The notes beneath the pieces were generated by a model that worked only from the letters and a program-made list of their open reading frames with translations, was not told where the DNA came from and ran no database searches. 44,786 nucleotides of DNA. It comes from a phage. Shown piece by piece: positions 40,752 to 44,786 of this stretch (positions are counted from its first letter, which is position 1; the number at the start of each line of letters is the position of its first letter). Made by a program: the position numbers and the translations under genes. Where the stretch lies: the NCBI GenBank assembly GCA_012646845.1, contig GCA_012646845.1_4707.2. One strand, written 5' to 3'.

Positions 40752-41729
40752 TTACTTTTTCCTGAAAATCAATGTCGGTAAGCCGTTTCTTACAGCATAA
40801 TACAACACTAAGAGGTTAATCTTGCCAGTGGATACCGTAAGCATTTTACGACGACGCGGTAAACTAACCGGTACGGTAGATGCCATCGTCGCACTGTTCT
40901 TGAACGTTTGGGAATAACGTCGCAGCGACGCTTCACCTAACAACGGAAGGAACAGATCCTCAGTAAGAATATCATCGCAGATATACGTAATCGCAAGTAA
41001 CGGCGGATTCCACTCGTTCAGGAACTCGAAAATCTCGTTTGCGATACCCAGTGCGTTATTGGGAAGCGGAACCTCACGAACATATTTCTGATTGCCTTTA
41101 TCCAGCAGGATTCTCGACATACAGTAGTCGTGGATTATACCCGCAACGTCATCCGCTGTCTCAGCATTCTGCATCAATGCCCGTGCTTCTTCCCAAGCCA
41201 GCTGACGTTTTGTTTCGTAATAGGTTGGTTTCAAAACCGCGTAAAAATCATGGATTAAACGACCAACGTCGCCACGGGTTTTCTCAGCCAGCGCGATCGC
41301 GTACGCTTTCTTCTCCGCATCCGTTAAGATCTGATTACGCCACAGTTCATATTCGTCTAACAGCTCGGTGTATTTGGCGGTCCAGTCAGAGGAAAGATAA
41401 TAACCGATGCTATCAATCAACGCCTTCGTTAAAACACCCAGACGTTCGCGTCTCGGATCGACCGACGGTTCATAGACGAAAGGCAGCTTCGGTTTTTCAA
41501 AACCGCTGGCTACGACGGTATCTGAAAAAGCGTTCGCGAAAACACCCATCGGTTTCCATGACGTGAGGAGATCCTGATACAGCATCGGATGAACGTTATT
41601 AATCGCTGTGAATTTATCGTCGAAAAGACTCACGCTTGGATGTTCGGCATTCGCAAGTTCAAAATAAATTATTTCGAGCAACGCCTTTACTGCATCGCGT
41701 GTCTTATCGATTGGGCCAACAGAAGCCAT
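40752..41729 (-). CDS. hypothetical protein (325 aa)
   Basis: ORF track. Confidence 0.7.
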   Translation of the reverse strand: MASVGPIDKTRDAVKALLEIIYFELANAEHPSVSLFDDKFTAINNVHPMLYQDLLTSWKPMGVFANAFSDTVVASGFEKPKLPFVYEPSVDPRRERLGVLTKALIDSIGYYLSSDWTAKYTELLDEYELWRNQILTDAEKKAYAIALAEKTRGDVGRLIHDFYAVLKPTYYETKRQLAWEEARALMQNAETADDVAGIIHDYCMSRILLDKGNQKYVREVPLPNNALGIANEIFEFLNEWNPPLLAITYICDDILTEDLFLPLLGEASLRRYSQTFKNSATMASTVPVSLPRRRKMLTVSTGKINLLVLYYAVRNGLPTLIFRKK

Positions 41730-41743
41730 GTAAATTATCCTCG

Positions 41744-42010
41744 TTAAAAAGTACCCATGATCGATAGGGCAATATGGTCTTTATTCGCACGCGCTTGTAA
41801 CGACATATCGAGACCGCTTTTCTTAATATGCCAGCGTGCCACCAGTTCCGGTTGGTCAACGGAATACAACCCTTCTCGATGTTTATTCAACCATTTAGCA
41901 ATCGGATGCAATTTATCGGGATTGACCACACCCAATTCCAAGCCGCCAGGTGTTAATGGTTTAGAATAAAAGTCAAGTACGTTCCGTAAAAAGTCATCCT
42001 CGATGCTCAT
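41744..42010 (-). CDS. hypothetical protein (88 aa)
   Basis: ORF track. Confidence 0.55.
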   Translation of the reverse strand: MSIEDDFLRNVLDFYSKPLTPGGLELGVVNPDKLHPIAKWLNKHREGLYSVDQPELVARWHIKKSGLDMSLQARANKDHIALSIMGTF

Positions 42011-42123
42011 CGTAGCATACCTACCATGCCAATTACGGCAAACAGTACGCCGACGGCGCTATACGCAAGCAGCGCTTTAGCAACCCAAGATTTTATTTCC
42101 GCAAGCTCGTCATTATTTACCAT
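42007..42123 (-). CDS. small single-TM protein (38 aa, below track cutoff)
   Basis: Hand-translated MVNNDELAEIKSWVAKALLAYSAVGVLFAVIGMVGMLR; GGGGTGAG RBS; stop overlaps next start (ATGA). Confidence 0.3.
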   Translation of the reverse strand: MVNNDELAEIKSWVAKALLAYSAVGVLFAVIGMVGMLR

Positions 42124-42199
42124 ATCTCACCCCGTTAGGTTATTGCCTGATCTCATACCTTTACCTAAGCGTATCCCCGCCATTAAGACGGGGTGCTTA

Positions 42200-42574
42200 T
42201 CACCAGAGACGATTACCTTCCTCGTCCCACCAAGCAATCGCTTGTGTCGACCCAAATGCGTTAGGGCGTAATGCCATGCCCTTACGGTCAACGATTAACC
42301 GCAACTCAGTACCGAACCATTCAATCGAGATAAACAAACCCTTCCGAATGATTGCTTGATAACCTGATAGCCGTTCAAAGAGCCGTTGAAAAATCTCATC
42401 ATGTTCACACGACACTAATGCTTCTGAATAACGTCGCATCGATTTTGCATCGCTAGGTAAACGTGTTCTACAGTTCCACCATAACACAGCGTACATCAAT
42501 GCGGCATTACGCAATCGTAACGATTGAACCGGTGTTAATTGCCGTCCTTCAACATCGTCGATAATAACGTACAT
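42200..42574 (-). CDS. hypothetical protein (124 aa)
   Basis: ORF track. Confidence 0.6.
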   Translation of the reverse strand: MYVIIDDVEGRQLTPVQSLRLRNAALMYAVLWWNCRTRLPSDAKSMRRYSEALVSCEHDEIFQRLFERLSGYQAIIRKGLFISIEWFGTELRLIVDRKGMALRPNAFGSTQAIAWWDEEGNRLW

Positions 42575-42580
42575 TGCGTC

Positions 42581-42835
42581 TTATTCCGCGCTTGTTTCCT
42601 TAACATGGACACATTCCGCATCGATAGTCACACCGGTAGAACGATGGGTCTCGTTGGGAGAATCAAATCCGCCATTGAACAGCATCGCGAACGTGTTATT
42701 ATCCATACGAGCAAAGGTCTCCGCAATACGATCGGGATGAAAATCGGTGCGGTTGATGGTCGATTTCACAAAAACTCCTATAAACGATTTAATTATTGGT
42801 ATTAAGATTAAAGCAGGATCTGCGGACAGCAGCAT
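42581..42835 (-). CDS. hypothetical protein (start uncertain)
   Basis: ORF track; 5' part overlaps 42808..43293. Confidence 0.35.
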   Translation of the reverse strand: MLLSADPALILIPIIKSFIGVFVKSTINRTDFHPDRIAETFARMDNNTFAMLFNGGFDSPNETHRSTGVTIDAECVHVKETSAE

Positions 42836-43293
42836 GATTCGTAACCACCTTCATGGGGTAACGTATTGCTGGTGTCAGGCCAGACAAGCTGAATGCCTGC
42901 AACTTTTTTACCATATCGAGCGAAAGCCGCTATCGCATACACTTCGTTGAAGGATTCAATATCCTCAATTTCGCGCACGTCAAGACGCAAGGTTTCACCC
43001 GTACCTTTCAAAGTCAGATTACCATCGAACGCGCCTAACGGGATGGTCTTTGCTTTCACCATGAAGTTACCCAGCTTGTTGATTGCTGAACCAAGGGCAG
43101 GGCAGTAACCGGACACGAAGATTTCCGGCATTCCATGTTCGGTTAGACCAACGGTATACATAAAGCCAGGCTCGTCGCTTCCCTCATCGGGAGCGACACC
43201 GACAATAGCCCACTGCTTTTTCTCGATATATTCTTCGACAAAATCGTCCAGTTTTGAAAAATTGTTTTCATTAAGTTTAACTGTGTTACTCAT
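42808..43293 (-). CDS. hypothetical protein (161 aa)
   Basis: ORF track. Confidence 0.65.
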   Translation of the reverse strand: MSNTVKLNENNFSKLDDFVEEYIEKKQWAIVGVAPDEGSDEPGFMYTVGLTEHGMPEIFVSGYCPALGSAINKLGNFMVKAKTIPLGAFDGNLTLKGTGETLRLDVREIEDIESFNEVYAIAAFARYGKKVAGIQLVWPDTSNTLPHEGGYESCCCPQILL

Positions 43294-43567
43294 GTTCTTT
43301 ATCCTTTAATGCGTTTTCTAACCAACGGACATAACTTTCACGATAAACATGAATATGTCTTTTACCGTCGCGAAAGTTGGGATCAATAAGATGAATCGCA
43401 GCGTGGGTTGAGGCAGCCGCATGCTGCAAATGTTTTCGTGTTAATCGTCCACGTTTTACCCAGCGTTGAATATACCGCGCGTCTGCCGCTAAACAGGTAC
43501 GTTCATCGATGAAAGGTACCAATACCTGAACGATGCTACCGTAATACACCATCGAACTGTTGAACAT
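43286..43567 (-). CDS. hypothetical protein (93 aa)
   Basis: ORF track. Confidence 0.55.
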   Translation of the reverse strand: MFNSSMVYYGSIVQVLVPFIDERTCLAADARYIQRWVKRGRLTRKHLQHAAASTHAAIHLIDPNFRDGKRHIHVYRESYVRWLENALKDKEHE

Positions 43568-43597
43568 CTGCGTCTCCGTGCAAATGGATGGGGCGGA

Positions 43598-43906
43598 TTA
43601 GTGAAGAATTACTGTTTGCGATCCGTTCTCGTATTCAGCAAGTAACTCGTCGTACCGACGATCAACTGTCTTGATCGCATTATCAATCTCCGACATGTCT
43701 GATGCCGTAGATCGTTTCGTTTCCAATCGATATACTAACGCATCACGCATACCCTCGGCTGCAGCGAGTTCACAGGTTGCTTGATGTTTATTATCCGAAA
43801 AGACGAAGAATGGTTTGTTCTCTTCATCAGCCAAAAAGTAGTCACGAATCGCAACCAACCTTTCTTCTGGAACCAGTTCACAATTGTTTTCGTTCATTTT
43901 CATCAT
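43598..43906 (-). CDS. hypothetical acidic protein (102 aa)
   Basis: ORF track. Confidence 0.6.
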   Translation of the reverse strand: MMKMNENNCELVPEERLVAIRDYFLADEENKPFFVFSDNKHQATCELAAAEGMRDALVYRLETKRSTASDMSEIDNAIKTVDRRYDELLAEYENGSQTVILH

Positions 43907-43911
43907 CTCAC

Positions 43912-44244
43912 TTAAAGTTTTAACGTATTGACGCCGTTTATAAAGGCGTTGATTTCATTGTCGATGTTACCGGTTTGCTCGATAATCTTCTCCACCATCA
44001 ATCTTGGTTTGTTGTAAGCAATACTTACAGCATCGGGACCATTCCCATACATGCTCGCCACGTAAATTCGAAGTTCTTTTAAACGATCAAGTAACAACTG
44101 CGCGATTTCCAGAACTTCTTCTGTGGTGGTCTGTACGTTGCATTCGCGTAACTTGTGCTCTAACAGCGAAGTCGCAGCATCAAGCATGGATGTGTATTTA
44201 CGGTAGTTATAAATATCAATTATAGCTGTCTGATTCATATACAC
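43912..44244 (-). CDS. hypothetical protein (110 aa)
   Basis: ORF track. Confidence 0.6.
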   Translation of the reverse strand: MYMNQTAIIDIYNYRKYTSMLDAATSLLEHKLRECNVQTTTEEVLEIAQLLLDRLKELRIYVASMYGNGPDAVSIAYNKPRLMVEKIIEQTGNIDNEINAFINGVNTLKL

Positions 44245-44249
44245 GTTAT

Positions 44250-44618
44250 TTATTTATCGGGGTCTGGAAAATAGTAAAATCGCCAATGTAACATAGAAAT
44301 CGCATTTCTTATTCGATTCGCACGAACACGACGTCCGAGAAAGGACTTGTAGCAAGAATCGCAATCCATAAACAACTCATGGCTCGATTTCATCAGAACC
44401 ACGATGTCTCTTATATACGAATTGCAGTACTCGATAAACGGGTCTGTATCGTACGTATATTTCCTCGCGCTACCTATCCCCAACTCTCTATTTAACTCAC
44501 GACAATTTATCATGAGCTTCACATAACGGATAAGCCGAACGAAGTCACGTAAATTACGATTAAACCAATAGCGATACCAAAATGACTGTATACCCCAAAC
44601 AGTTCTATTTAACTTCAT
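44250..44618 (-). CDS. hypothetical protein (122 aa)
   Basis: ORF track. Confidence 0.6.
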   Translation of the reverse strand: MKLNRTVWGIQSFWYRYWFNRNLRDFVRLIRYVKLMINCRELNRELGIGSARKYTYDTDPFIEYCNSYIRDIVVLMKSSHELFMDCDSCYKSFLGRRVRANRIRNAISMLHWRFYYFPDPDK

Positions 44619-44786
44619 TGATACCTTCTATTAGTTGTACAGCAACTTCTTTTTCGGTGCTATAAAAGAACTTGCGGTGGAACTGAACAAGAAGCTTTTC
44701 GAATTTACATTGAACGATCTTTTTGCGTTCGATATGACCCAGGGAGAGCAAAGCACCCATGCAACGTACCGCTTGTTCAAGAACCT
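44605..44786 (-). CDS. hypothetical protein, 5'-truncated by window edge
   Basis: Minus-strand frame open from window end to stop at 44605-44607 (...QLIEGINEVK*), overlapping next start. Confidence 0.4.
   Translation of the reverse strand, partial: VLEQAVRCMGALLSLGHIERKKIVQCKFEKLLVQFHRKFFYSTEKEVAVQLIEGINEVK

Noticed and set aside
42173-42194. CCCCG...CGGGG hairpin after gene 42200..42574 as another terminator-family member
   Set aside because: Lacks the GCATAAA/TTTATGC flank and a U tract; too short and generic to call

Overview
This window reads as a densely coding segment of a virulent tailed dsDNA phage genome (no integrase, repressor, tRNA or CRISPR array recognised by eye). Most genes lie on the minus strand; a short plus-strand island (9568-12629) is embedded between them. 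Calls I can support from sequence: a 5'-truncated HNH homing endonuclease followed by an ~0.8 kb ORF-poor region with group-I-intron-like R/S elements; an NAD-dependent DNA ligase with KxDG motif, Zn finger and BRCT; a P2 gpH-like tail fibre translationally coupled to a tail-fibre assembly chaperone; three further putative receptor-binding proteins sharing an N-terminal domain (one with DUF285/BspA-like repeats); a lipoprotein; a macro-domain protein; a small SAM-dependent methyltransferase; a SleB-like exported cell-wall hydrolase with nearby small membrane proteins; and a tandem array of six paralogous triple-HTH (Myb/SANT- or GcrA-like) proteins. Non-coding signals include a recurrent GC-rich hairpin family flanked by GCATAAA/TTTATGC (terminator-like, orientation tracking local gene direction), one classical rho-independent terminator, a duplicated promoter/leader module, a T8 slippery site at the end of a 552-aa gene, a gene-fragment duplication and a 69-nt near-identical repeat in two adjacent paralogs. 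All functional calls are from motif recognition by eye; no database search was run, and most small ORFs are hypothetical.
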